Shown in pieces: positions 1 to 11,200 of a DNA stretch of 64,000 nt (its first letter is position 1; the number at the start of each line of letters is the position of its first letter). The stretch spans positions 7,998,001-8,062,000 of the forward strand of contig NC_043008.1 in NCBI RefSeq assembly GCF_006345805.1. Reading direction: 5' to 3'. Below the pieces are notes generated by a model. The model had not been told where the DNA came from and ran no database searches. It saw nothing but the letters and a program-made list of their open reading frames with translations. Made by a program: the position numbers and the translations under genes. The stretch comes from Octopus sinensis. Its lineage: Eukaryota.

Positions 1-11
1 TGGCAATTTTT

Positions 12-178
12 TTCCTCCGTCTTCCTTCTCTGGATCTTTCCTTTTCCTATGTTTCTTACGAAGAGCTCCGCTCGAAACGTAAAACCTTCCTCTTTCTTTC
101 TCTCCTGAGCGTCCAATAATACTATATTTGTTCCACGTCCTCGCGTGTTGTGTTTTGTTTTCATGTTTGGATAAACTT

Positions 179-180
<2 letters not shown>
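12..180 (+). mobile_element. Short non-autonomous PLE-type repeat carrying a degenerate minimal hammerhead (family A, copy 1)
   Basis: Homologous to 3585-3757 in the opposite orientation. Contains gttt-CTTACGA-a-gagc/tcc/gctc-GAAA-cgta-aaac at 51-85, with a G5->T change in the core. Ends in (TA)n. Confidence 0.65.
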
Positions 181-209
<29 letters not shown>

Positions 210-277
210 TATATATATAATATATATATATGCATAAATATATTATATATATATTTATTTTATTTATTTTATTTTAT

Positions 278-320
278 CTAGTTTCAGCTCACGAGCTGTG
301 GCCATGCTGGGGCACCGCCA
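278..320 (-). mobile_element. 3' tail remnant of the CORE-type SINE
   Basis: gtttcagc...tggccatgctggggcaccgcc resembles the tails at ~42981-43020 and ~55224-55261. Confidence 0.55.
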
Positions 321-401
321 TATATAAAGATTTATATATATATAATATATATATAAAGAGAGAGAGAGAGAGAGAGAGAGAATATGCAATTATATACTGT
401 A

Positions 402-790
402 CTATCAGTATCCTCCGGCGTTGCTCGGGTTTGTAAGGGAAATAACTATATAATCATTTTTAGAGGTGTAAAGTATAATAGCCATCTCAATATGGCTAAC
501 CACAAAGGGGAGGTGTTACTGTAGCTTTTTACGTTCTGAGATTTAATAATAAATGTTAGAGAGTTACTTCCCTTATATATGCCAAAAATGCATTAAAATG
601 GGAAAAATTTATGGTAATTTTTTTTAAATCGTAGACTCATTGTAGACGCGCGCTAATACCCAGAAGGGCTTGATATGAATCACGACTATAAGATACCCGG
701 TTTTGGTTAAACTGCACCGCAAAATGTGGCAGTAGTTAGGAATCTAAATCGTAGGAGACAGACAGCACACAACCTCACTTTTATATATAT
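402..790 (-). mobile_element. Non-autonomous Helitron (family H1, copy 1) with an extra 96-bp internal unit
   Basis: Near-identical to 36309-36606. Has the 3' hairpin ccgagcaacgccgg and a mutated CTAG end. Extra segment 466-561 is bounded by ttagag repeats. Confidence 0.8.
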
Positions 791-1903
791 TGTATGTAGT
801 CACGTTATATTGGTTTATATTTAAGTATTTTTATAGGAAAATATACTTCGACTTTAACGTTACGTTCATCGATTTGTTCGGATCGAAACATTGTTATCGT
901 TTGTTCATAGACGTATCTATATAATATATTAACTAGAGATTTAACTTAACAGTTACCAGATTGTCTTTGGAGTGAAAGCCATCGTATGTGTGTGTGACAG
1001 AGGGAGATAGTGTGAGGATCGTTTTTAAAAACTTATTTCAGTTTCAAAATATTAAAATTGATGATGGATTCCACATGTTCAAATTTCAGGAAGAAATAAG
1101 AATAGTTCAAAAGAATTAAAGAAGACTTCATTGTGTTTTACTCATAAGTTTGACAGGTAATGTAATAGTATATGAAAAATTGATTAAGAGAACAGTCGAA
1201 TATCCGACAAGCGAACATATAGTTAAACAAAAGAAAGCAAATTTTTTAATATGCTTGTCAAATAATTGAATTCCGTTTGCTTTTTATTATTATTATTAAA
1301 CTGAATTATAGCATATGGTTTAGTAATCAGTGTCATTAACATAAAAGCGGAAATATTTATGAATCATAAAATACAAACCACTTTATGATTTAGTTAACTT
1401 CATTTGAACAAAATCTTTTCAAAAATTTATCTAAATAGCAACCGACAGAATCATATCACTTTTGTGCTACAGATTGCATAATGCATAGAAGATATTTAAT
1501 TCGATACCGGAGTAAAATCACGGAATTCATTAATTCGCGAATTTTATATAGTTGAATTAAAGAGAACAGCTTCTTGGCCACCTCTCCTTTTAATAAATAT
1601 TTGAATTTCTTGTTGGGAAATCAAAGGACACTTTATTACGCACTTCGATTTCTTCCAATATACTTGTTTGTACTCGTTTTAACGCCCTATAAAAACCAAT
1701 TTTCTTCTAAATTCTTCTCCCGAAGTTTCTATATTGGAAAGAAAACACGAAATTATTATATTTACTATTATTTTTATTATTACTATTATTATTGTTGTTG
1801 TTGTTATTTTTGCTGCTGTTTTTGTTGTTTTTGTTTTTCTTCTTTTGATTCGGGTTTTGTTGGAATGCTTGGAGCCTTGCCTGTGTAGAAGATTTGCTAC
1901 GGA

Positions 1904-2325
1904 ATGAATCCACGCTGCACCGTAGTTTTGGGAAACCTCTTGTCCCCAGATGTTATTCCAAACTTGGCGGGTCTCACCTGCTTCAGGAGGTGTAATATAT
2001 TCTGTATTTCCCCCTAAGACCCTATAAACTGCTACTGGTTATTTAAAAATAACCAGTTTTGCTGGAACTGCGATATACGATCAGAGTAGCGCTGCACCTA
2101 TGTTTTTGGCAGCACACGATGTTTCAGGGTTTCGATGACAGTTTTGACACCTTTCTTTTCTATTTGGTACTTCGTGTCAATTTATGCCCTTGCACATTTT
2201 TTCTTTTTTTCCATTACCCTTTGAACCACTCTTCTATGCGGCTCAGATCTTTACACGGCTAAGTTAAAATATTGCCTTCAATTCTCCGTTTCCGCCTACC
2301 TCTCTGTTTTTCTTTCCAACCACTT
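1904..2325 (-). pseudogene. Degenerate R4/Dong-like non-LTR ORF, pre-RT region
   Basis: Minus-strand translation with stops and frameshifts gives DLSRIEEWFKG...KYQIEKKGVKTVIETLKHRV...RISQFQQNWLFLNNQ...PEAGETRQVWNNIWGQ...AAW. This is the motif order I recognise upstream of RT in R4/Dong elements. Confidence 0.7.
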
Positions 2326-2455
2326 GACCTCCTAAAATTGAAGCGGATCTGAGCAAGTCCTTTGTTTCCGTTAGCTATTTTATCAGAATGTATAACCTCA
2401 TCAACGTTTTTTGGGTCTGCGTTTCACATTGTTACAGTCGCAGCTTCTTTAATTC

Positions 2456-2665
2456 GCGGTGAGCTGGCAGAATCGTTAGCACTCCGGGCAATATGCCTAG
2501 CGTTATTTCGGCCGTCGTTAAATTTTGAGTTCAAATTCTGCAGAGGTCGAATTTGCCTTTCATCAATTCGGATCGATGAAATAAGCATGAGTTAAGTACT
2601 GACGTTGATGTAATCGACTAGCCCCTTTCCCCAAAATTTCAGACCACGTACCCATACTAGAAAGG

Positions 2666-2668
<3 letters not shown>
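2456..2668 (+). mobile_element. tRNA-derived SINE with Deu/Nin-like domain (family S1)
   Basis: gcggtgagctggcagaatcgttagc head, B-box-like gagttcaaattc, gcctttcatc...gatga domain, and a (TTA)n tail to ~2701. About nine copies in the window. Confidence 0.8.
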
Positions 2669-2701
<33 letters not shown>

Positions 2702-3061
2702 GCAGAATATCAGGTGTTATTTTGATTGAACTTATATAGATTTCATTTTAAGTTGTAGTGTAGTGCTATGCCTAAATAATATCATTAGCAACAGCAACAA
2801 ATACGATGCGACATCGCTTCTAAAGAGATATGGCATCTAGTTCATTTTCCAACCAATTATCTCGAGATTTTGCGCATTTCTTCACCAGCAATAAAGGTAT
2901 CTCTGTAAGTAATGTTTTCAAAATTATGAATAACAGTTTCTCAAAATAAATGAGGCAATGCAAATTTGTTGCGTCATTCAATATCTTTTTTACATTACTT
3001 GTTATTGCATTGTATCAAATGTATTTTCTAGTATGCAGGTACTCAATTCTCAGTTGCGAAT

Positions 3062-3435
3062 TTATAGGGTGACCGAAATCTCAGCGTATTTTTGATCTAA
3101 TTAAATGCACTTCTTTCTCAAACTTTACAGGCACCAATATCTTAGAATTTGCACCTCATCTGCGATGAAATTTAAATATAGATCATTTCCAGTGTAACTA
3201 TGGAAAATTGATCAGGAGTTATGTAACAGTATATGAGCCATGCATTATCTTAAATAAAAACAGGGCAATGGCCTTTTCAATTGAGAAACAAAGAGGCGAA
3301 TTCCAGCAATAAAAATGGAATGCAGATATTCAGTAGACTATTTTTAGAGACAATACGTGATTAATTAAAACATTTGTTATACGAACTGCGAGAAAATAGA
3401 AGTACTGACACACGTTTTCCTGTTCAAACTGCGCA
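3062..3435 (+). mobile_element. Possible degenerate Tc1/mariner-superfamily 5' end
   Basis: TA-TAGGGTGACC terminus followed by a decayed frame starting MAFSIE. Weak. Confidence 0.3.
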
Positions 3436-3511
3436 AAAGCTTAGATAAATAGCATAAAATTCATGTGATCATACGGCCACAAGTACTCATGCGTTTGAAA
3501 ACGCACACATG

Positions 3512-3549
<38 letters not shown>

Positions 3550-3584
3550 AATATATATATATAGATATGTGTATATATATATAA

Positions 3585-3757
3585 AGTTAATCTAAACAAG
3601 GAAGCACAAAAAACACAACAACGCGGGGACGTGGAATAACTAAGTATTATGGATTGCTCAGGAGGAAGAAGGAAAGAAGGAGGGTTTAACGTTTCGAGCG
3701 AAGCTCTTCGTCGGAACATAGGGAAGGAAAGATCCAGAGAAGGGAAGACAGAGGAAT
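3585..3757 (-). mobile_element. HHR-bearing short repeat (family A, copy 2)
   Basis: Minus strand 3717->3684 reads gtt-CCGACGA-a-gagc/ttc/gctc-GAAA-cgtt-aaac (U4->C in the core). Flanked by (TA)n on both sides. Confidence 0.65.
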
Positions 3758-3787
3758 AATATATATATATTATATATATATATATAT

Positions 3788-3888
3788 ATGAGGAATTATT
3801 AAAAAATTCCCGGACTAATTCTGTGGCGCGCCAACAGGTCGCAGCACACGATTGCGTGCACAGCGAGGGCTAGCAGTGACATTCATGA
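3788..3888 (+). mobile_element. Mariner-like terminal fragment
   Basis: TA + tgaggaattattaaaaaattcccggact resembles TACGAGGG..TCAAAAAGTTTCCGGACT-type mariner TIRs. Starts directly at a (TA)n run. Confidence 0.4.
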
Positions 3889-4523
3889 TTTTGGTAGATG
3901 CGATAATTTTAGTAAGATCTGTCTTTCACCAAGAAAAAATATAAAATTATTACCACACGAGTCAAAGTATTCGGATTCTAAGCCAAATTTTATGGGCATT
4001 TGGTATAGAATAACCACATTCCAAAACACATCCTGTGTATAAAGCTTACTCAACAAACCTCTCTTCCAGGAAATGCTGAAAAATCATTTATGCTTCACAC
4101 ATTCAGCATAAACCCTTACGTTCTATATCAATTAGGCAAGCACATGAGAGTGTTCTTCAAATTTAATGATACTAGCAGTGCTCAAGGGCACCCTAATCTT
4201 CCATTTCATTTATTCCCTCTTATTTTTTCCGTATGAACCCATTGAAAATACATATGATTTAAATTCAATTTCAAACTCCAATAGTTTTAAGCTTCGGAAC
4301 CTTTATCGTTTTTTCAACAGTTTCATTTAATTAAGAATATTATTACTTCTAAAACAGAGCTTCGCTTGTTTTATTCATATACACAATAATATATATATAC
4401 GTATATATATATATATATATATATAGATATATATAGATATATATATACGTATGTATATATATATTATATATATACGTAGTATAGTATATATATATATATA
4501 TATATAATATATATATATGTATG

Positions 4524-4558
<35 letters not shown>

Positions 4559-5743
4559 AGATATATATTATTTATGTATATAAAATTATATATACACATT
4601 ATATATAATATAAAAATATATATATATGCACACAAACAGGTACGTATGCATAATAAAGATGTATGTATCCTATACGTGTTTTGCAGATGTGGCATTCTGT
4701 TTGTGTATTATCTAACACGATATAATTAAATATATATGCATGTATGGTATACGCATACACATAATATAGTTATACACAAAGATATATCTATACACACGCA
4801 GATATATATGTATATATATATATATATATGTATGTATATAGATACACGTATATATATATATATATATAATATATATATATATATTATATATATATATATA
4901 TATAGAAGAAGATAAGTAATGTTAATCCGTTACCAGCAGGGTGGAGTTTCTTTAAATATTAGAAACACAATGTGTACAACAGACAATAAAACAATTTCAG
5001 GCATGTAAATGAATAGATGTTTCTCGAAAAGCATTGTATCTAATGCTTCAGTACACTTAACACTAAAACTCAGCATTAGTCTCCCATCCGCAAATGTTCT
5101 GATACGAATTTGTGTGTACCTTATGTATACGTATATATATAAACGTATATTGCGCATGTGTGTCTATGTAAGCTCAAGTGCACAGACATACGCATGCATA
5201 CACGCATAGGTATGTTTGTCAGTAGACAGATAGATACAACCGTAAATTTCATGGTTGTATTCTGTTTATGATAAATAATCTATTTCCCCTTGGATTTATC
5301 ATATTTTGAAAACATATCCGGTGTAATATCACTTGATAAAATGGACGGTGTTTAAAAATACGAATTTACGTTATGTTACTCTATTCAATTACATACTGGA
5401 TTCGTATATAAATTAAAACAGCGCTATTGAAAACATGTAGTAATATTTTAAAATATCCATGCATTTTCTTTTTTACTTTATACACATATAGGTGTGTCTG
5501 TTTGTGTGTGTGTGTATTTCATAAATGGGTTCCTTCAATCAACGGAAACGTAATTTATTGGTTTCCCAAAGAATTTTTTCGAAATTTCTCTCCCAGGAAT
5601 TATAACTTTTAAACTTATATATAGTAAATAATCCATTATGTTTGCAGGTCGTCCTTGCACGCCTGCAAAATAGACGTCGACGAAGGCAAGGGTACAGCTA
5701 TCCACAATTGTGTCACGATTCAGTGTACTTGTATACATTTACT

Positions 5744-5784
<41 letters not shown>

Positions 5785-6020
5785 CGCTAAATCAAGTAGC
5801 GTTCCGTGTTGTGCTTATTTCTTTTGCATGTGTGTAAAAATATTTAAGTGTCTCAACCCATCCTTAGTGTATAATCCATCTGTGTACAAAATGTCCATAA
5901 AATCGGTTGAAAACTTTAAAAATTACGGTAGAAAATAAAGGTTCATATGAGAATTTGCTTTGAAAAATCGATGCTGATTAAAAATTATCGACTTTGTGAT
6001 ATTCCAAGTTCATAAAAGCC

Positions 6021-6064
<44 letters not shown>

Positions 6065-6066
6065 AT

Positions 6067-6112
<46 letters not shown>

Positions 6113-6116
<4 letters not shown>

Positions 6117-6321
6117 CTCAGTCGAAGTGGATTCTCGGTTACTCGTTGGATCAGTGTCCTCCAGTCAGTTCTATCCCCTGGGCCGCTTCTTTCAGATCGG
6201 CTATGTCCATTCCGGTATCCCTCTTGATGGTGTCAAGCCAGCGGGTTCTTCGTCGACCTCTTCCTCTCTTGCCACTGACCATTCCGAGCATGATGTCCTT
6301 CTCCAGGGATTTTCTCCGCAT
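6113..6321 (-). mobile_element. RTE-clade LINE 3' end (5'-truncated)
   Basis: MRRKSLEKDIMLGMVSGKRGRGRRRTRWLDTIKRDTG...LKEAAQ, then after a frameshift WRTLIQRVTE. Typical RTE/BovB-like C-terminus, embedded in (TA)n. Confidence 0.9.
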
Positions 6322-6322
6322 A

Positions 6323-6382
<60 letters not shown>

Positions 6383-8690
6383 ATACAAATATACACGTAT
6401 ATATATATTCATACATACATACATGCTTACATATGATCAGGTATGTACGTAGGTAGATAAATAGATCGATAGGTAGGTATATATGTATATAGGTGGATAG
6501 GTAGGAAAGTAGCTAGGTAGCTAGGTAGGTATGTTGGCGGGTAGGTAGGGGAGAGGATGGGAGGTTGAGATATATGTAGGTCAGGAAATAGAAATAATAT
6601 TCATATTTGAAAACCAATCTTTCATCAAATATATAGAAATATGCTGCGTTCTTTTACACACTTTTAGCATGTTTCATATAGATATTTGGATGTGTGCAGA
6701 CATATCCTGATATCCATATGTGTGTGCGCGCGCATGTGTGCGACCGTTTGTAAATGCGCAAATGCGAAATTTCTGGATTTACGTTTGATTCTTACTTACC
6801 ATTCATTGAATTAGAGCGAATCGGAAACAGGTACAAATCTTAGATTTTTTTTTTATTCTTTATCAAACGAATAAGGATGAATCTGTTATTCGATCACTCC
6901 GCAGCAAGACTTTTAATTATATTTCCAAAATATTCATGAAAAACAATCATCAATATTTATGATGTCTTTGCTTCGCCAAATTATCTTTGCTCACCTTTGA
7001 TATTCCCTTATAACAACTTCAGCAGAGGCTTTCAATAAATTCAACAGTCACATGTCTACGGAAACATACATCCAGACTTATGTAGGTAAATCAATAGATA
7101 TATACAAATGAAATTGGATACATAGGGACAAAGATTCCGGAGCATATTCCCTTTCATACATGTACTAATACATGTTCGATCGAGCAAGTAGACACTACAC
7201 TCTTCTGTTTTCTCTTAAACATAAGAATAATCCCCTTATAAAAATACGCTCACACCTGTAAATTGATTAATTTGCGTAAATCCTCGTATTTACACAAATA
7301 GTTATATTCTCCTTTTCACACCCTGCATTCTTTTATAGTTCACACATCTCTCCCTTTATATTCAACAAAGCAATTTTCTTGTAAAATCTCAAGAAGTTTT
7401 TCTTAATGTAAATGTAGAGTTTAAATTATTTTATTCAAAAGGTATGGCGTTGCATTATACATAACCTCAGAACTCTATTAAAAGATTTACCAATTTTTAC
7501 ATAGCTTGTGATGTGAAACACATCGTCTGAAATTGCATACACTATCACACACACATATTTATGTGTGAGTATATTTAAGTGTGTGTGTGTGTATGTTAGT
7601 GTGTATGTGTATATGTGCGTGCACGCGTGCTTGTGCGTGTGTGCGCAGCTATATGTTTGTTTTCGTATTTCTGCCGAAATTCCTGACGAAATGAACCGGC
7701 AACATTTTATCACGAAAATATAGCGACAGAAATAGAGATCGATAGATGAATAGTGAAACACACAAAAAGAGAGAGAGTATGTAATTGTCTGGGAATCTTT
7801 CCTTGTACCACTGAGCAAGAACGAATACTCAAAATGTCCTTGAAATGAGACAGGCTTTATACAACTTATACTCGCTGCTAGTCACTCATATTTCGCAATC
7901 TCTAATAACAAATGAATGTTCCTCAGTAATGGATGTTCATTTCTGTGAGCGCTTACGTACATCCCTCGAAAGTAAAAAAATATTTTTAGCATGATATTTT
8001 GCCCATAAATTTCTGCCTGCCAATAATCTGGTTGAGGAATATTCTAGTTGCGAGTTATTGTCGATTAAACGTTGTGAATATTCACTAAAAGTTTGTGAGA
8101 GAAATTTACCTACTTTGTATTCCATCGAATCAGAACACAGACACACACAGACACACACACATACAATACGCTCATACACACATATTCTAGTGGCTACGTC
8201 TACCGAACATTTGAACAAATAAGTGCTTAGCTCCAAGTTATATTTGCAGACACTTGATTTCGGAGTGAAATTCAGAAAGACGCCTGTGCCTAGTTTATCT
8301 GCTGTTTAATTTCTTGGTATTAGTTTAATTACAGCACCACGCCTCTAGGCAGAGAGAGAGAACTATTTCCTTGTTACAACGTTAACTCTATTGTTCTGAG
8401 GAAATATTTGCTTGCCATATATCATACAGTTCTAATCGATGAGTATTACTTGCATATATGCGTACTACAAAATAAAGTATTTTACAAAAGCTTTCCTTTA
8501 ACATAAAACGTTCAATATGAATATTTTACAAGAATTAATAATTATTACTATACATGTGCTTCAGTATTAGGAAAGCAAAATATATCTCGATGTTTTCCAT
8601 CTTTCCAGGAATTTGTTTCAATAAAATAAATTGGTACATTATGTACTATATTTACACTTGACGGATATTAGTCCTCATCCTGATGTTATT

Positions 8691-8736
8691 AACACAACGT
8701 TTCGGCTGATATACCTTCCACCTTTCATCAGGTGTC
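8691..8736 (-). ncRNA. Minimal type I hammerhead ribozyme motif (family B, left arm)
   Basis: gacac-CTGATGA-aaggtgg...cagcc-GAAA-cgtt-gtgtt. Stem I is gacac/gtgtt, stem III is the ACGT palindrome, and stem II is weakened. Confidence 0.7.
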
Positions 8737-8837
8737 TTGGGGAAATTTTAAACCTGGGTTCTCATTCCTAAGGTATTTTTAGATGTTATTATTATATTAT
8801 TATTATTATTATTATTAATATTATTATTATTATTATT

Positions 8838-9430
8838 GTTCAGTAGTTTTATTTTTATTTTTATAGCGTGCTTTCACTTCACTACCGAGCGCAGTTCTGT
8901 GTGCCTTGGGTATGTGCTGTGATTTGTTGTGATGCTCTGATGGTTATTGTATGGAAAGTGTTCTGCGTAGGATGTGTGCAGTGCCTAGTAGTGCAATTTT
9001 CTGTATGTTATATGTGTTTGTAAGTCCTGGTGTTTTTGTTATGTGTTATGTATTTGTCTGAATATTTTTTTATCATGCCTAATGCGACCTACCATGATAG
9101 GAATTGTTTCTGTTTTCAGATTCCACATTCTAGTTACCTCTATTTCCAGGTCTTTGTATTTTGAGAGTTTCTCCATTTCTTTTAGAGACACGTTGTCATC
9201 AGCCGGTATTGATACATCAATTAGAAAGCATTTTTTTTCTTCATGGTCTCTGACAACTATATCTGGTCTGTTGGCCTTAATTTCTCTATCTGTGTGTATC
9301 GGCATATCCCAGAGTATGGTTGCTTTCTCGTTTTCTGTGACCTTTTCTGGTGTGTGCCTATACCATCTTTTTTCTGTTGTTATTCCATAATGTTGGCATA
9401 GCTTCCAATGTATGTAAGTTCCAACTCTGT
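8838..9430 (-). mobile_element. R4/Dong-like LINE 3' end with restriction-like endonuclease (RLE) domain, copy 1
   Basis: DRVGTYIHWKLCQHY...ILWDMPIHTDREIKANRPDIVVRD...LIDVSIP...EKLSKYKDL...IQKIALLGTAHILRRTL*, including the PD..D motif, with frameshifts. Both ends abut (TAA)n. Confidence 0.9.
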
Positions 9431-9457
9431 CATTATTATTATTATTATTATTATTAT

Positions 9458-9886
9458 TCTATGTTTGACTTTTGCTTTATATATGTACAAGTTGGCTCCA
9501 AGTCTCACCCAGAGACCTCAAGAGACAACAGGGTTGGAAGTTCATGTTGTTGTTATGCCTAGTGTGCCATATATTTGGGGGGTGGGGATGTTGTACTAAT
9601 GAATGTCTAAAAAAAAAAAAAAATTTTTTTTTTTTTTTTTAAACCGAAAATTATGGTTGTTTTAAACCTTGAGGTTACATAGAGAGTATTTTGCGTAGGA
9701 TATGAGCAGTTCCATGAGCACTATCTTTTGAACTTCTGCCATTTTTGGGTTTCCTGGTATCTGAGTTAGGTAGCTATCAGCCCCTTTTGCTATCATTCCC
9801 AGGGCACCTATGACAACAGGTATTGTTTTAGTCTTCAGCTTCCACATTTTGCTGATTTCTATTTCAAGATCTTTATATTTGCTCAG

Positions 9887-9887
<1 letters not shown>
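9458..9887 (-). mobile_element. R4/Dong-like LINE 3' end, copy 2 (different subfamily)
   Basis: KLSKYKDLEIEISKMWKLKTKTIPVVIGALGMI...VQKIVLM, frameshift, TAHILRKILSM*, then a 3' UTR unlike that of copy 1. Both ends abut (TAA)n. Confidence 0.88.
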
Positions 9888-9942
<55 letters not shown>

Positions 9943-9960
9943 CATTATTATTATTATTAC

Positions 9961-10098
9961 TATTCAGGTCACTGCCTGGAATCGAACTTGGCATCTTGGG
10001 GTTAGTAGTCCGTATATTAACTACTACGCCATATACCCGTAGGTATAGGCGTAGTAGCATACTAACCCCAAGATTCCGAATTCGATTCCGGGCAGTGA

Positions 10099-10106
<8 letters not shown>
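9961..10106. promoter_or_regulatory. Two divergent tRNA-like Pol III heads forming a hairpin
   Basis: Minus copy has A-box-like TGGCGTAGTAG and B-box-like AGTTCGATTCC. Plus copy has AGGCGTAGTAG and AATTCGATTCC, with a ~12-nt deletion between the boxes. Confidence 0.65.
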
Positions 10107-10167
<61 letters not shown>

Positions 10168-10288
10168 GAAGAAGAAGAAGAAGAGAGAAGAAGAAGAAGA
10201 AGAAGAAGAAGAAGAAGAAGAAGAAGAAGAAGAAGAAGAAGAAGAAGAAGAAGAAGAAGAAGAAGAAGAAGAAGAAGAAGAAGAAGAA
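10103..10288 (+). repeat. Compound (TAA)n(GAA)n microsatellite
   Basis: About 21 TAA units followed by about 40 GAA units. Confidence 0.98.
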
Positions 10289-10313
10289 ACTGTATTAGGA
10301 ATGAGAACCCCAA

Positions 10314-10359
10314 GACACCTGATGAAGGCCAGAGAGTAAATCAGCCGAAACGTTGTGTT
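10314..10359 (+). ncRNA. Minimal type I hammerhead ribozyme motif (family B, right arm)
   Basis: gacac-CTGATGA-a-ggc...gcc-GAAA-cgtt-gtgtt. Core intact; predicted cleavage after GUU at 10354. Confidence 0.78.
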
Positions 10360-11012
10360 AACAACAAACAAGATGAGGACAAATATCCGTCTAATGTGAA
10401 TAATGTAAATAATGTACATAACTCCTGAAAATTTACAAATGGTTTGTATCAGACGAAATCCTGCCTGTATATGAATATATCTACATGACGTATATTTCTT
10501 TTAGTGATATTTTAGGAACAAACTATTTTGATATTTATTGATTCTGTCCAGTAATGATATTTATCAACAAATCAGAAGCTATTATCTTTTTTAAACGTCA
10601 CCAATCAGGCCGTACGGGCGTCATTAACCGAAGAGAAATAGTTATCGGTTATGAGAAGTATAAATATTTATAGCGAAATGTTTTCAACACAATTTTTGAC
10701 ATTTTTTCCTTACGCATTTAATATTGTAGAATACACTTATTAAAGTTGTTTAAACGCTTAACGCACTGCATGATATTATTCTGTATCAAGTTTATATTTG
10801 AACATTGTGAAAGAATTTAGATATTCAGAGAGAGAATAATTAGTATTATTTCTCTGTGCTACAACATCTGTGCTAGGATTATAATGAGGCTACTTAAATG
10901 CAAATAATTGTATGGATGCCTTCTGTATTGTAAAACATTAATGATGCCCAAATAACTTTATAAGTAACCTCAGTTGACGACTACTTTCGCTTTCATTATT
11001 AATGACTTAAAA

Positions 11013-11200
11013 GGCTGTGAGCTGGCAGAGTTAGAACGCCAAAAGAAATACTGAGCGACATTGTTCTGAATTTAGAATCCACCGAGTGGTGTTTTGTCTT
11101 TCACCGTTTCGGATTGAAGAAATAAATACTAGTTGAGCAGTGGGGGTTGATGACTTCGATTCACAATCCCTCAACATTTCACTTATGACAATAAGATTAA
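11013..11200 (+). mobile_element. Degenerate S1 SINE
   Basis: ggctgtgagctggcagagttag head plus a decayed central domain. Confidence 0.6.

Larger units (their letters stand above)
8639..10421. mobile_element. Head-to-head dimer of a tRNA-head/(TAA)n/hammerhead-tail element (family B)
   Basis: 8639-8772 is the reverse complement of 10295-10421, and 9961-10037 is the reverse complement of 10042-10106. Symmetry centre is 10038-10041. (TTA)n lies on the left arm and (TAA)n on the right. Confidence 0.85.

Noticed and set aside
1560-1725. Possible retroelement C-terminal or linker relic
   Set aside because: Could be read as either a PLE linker or an RLE tail depending on frame; ambiguous.
9961-10106. 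Bona fide tRNA genes (also considered at the 51730-51799 head)
   Set aside because: No complete cloverleaf or acceptor stem, and they are attached to repeat bodies, so they are SINE-type heads.
9662-10419. Poly-N, poly-L, poly-S and poly-Y ORFs
   Set aside because: They come from (TAA)n and (GAA)n. Only the KLSKYKDL.. part is real, and it belongs to a LINE relic.
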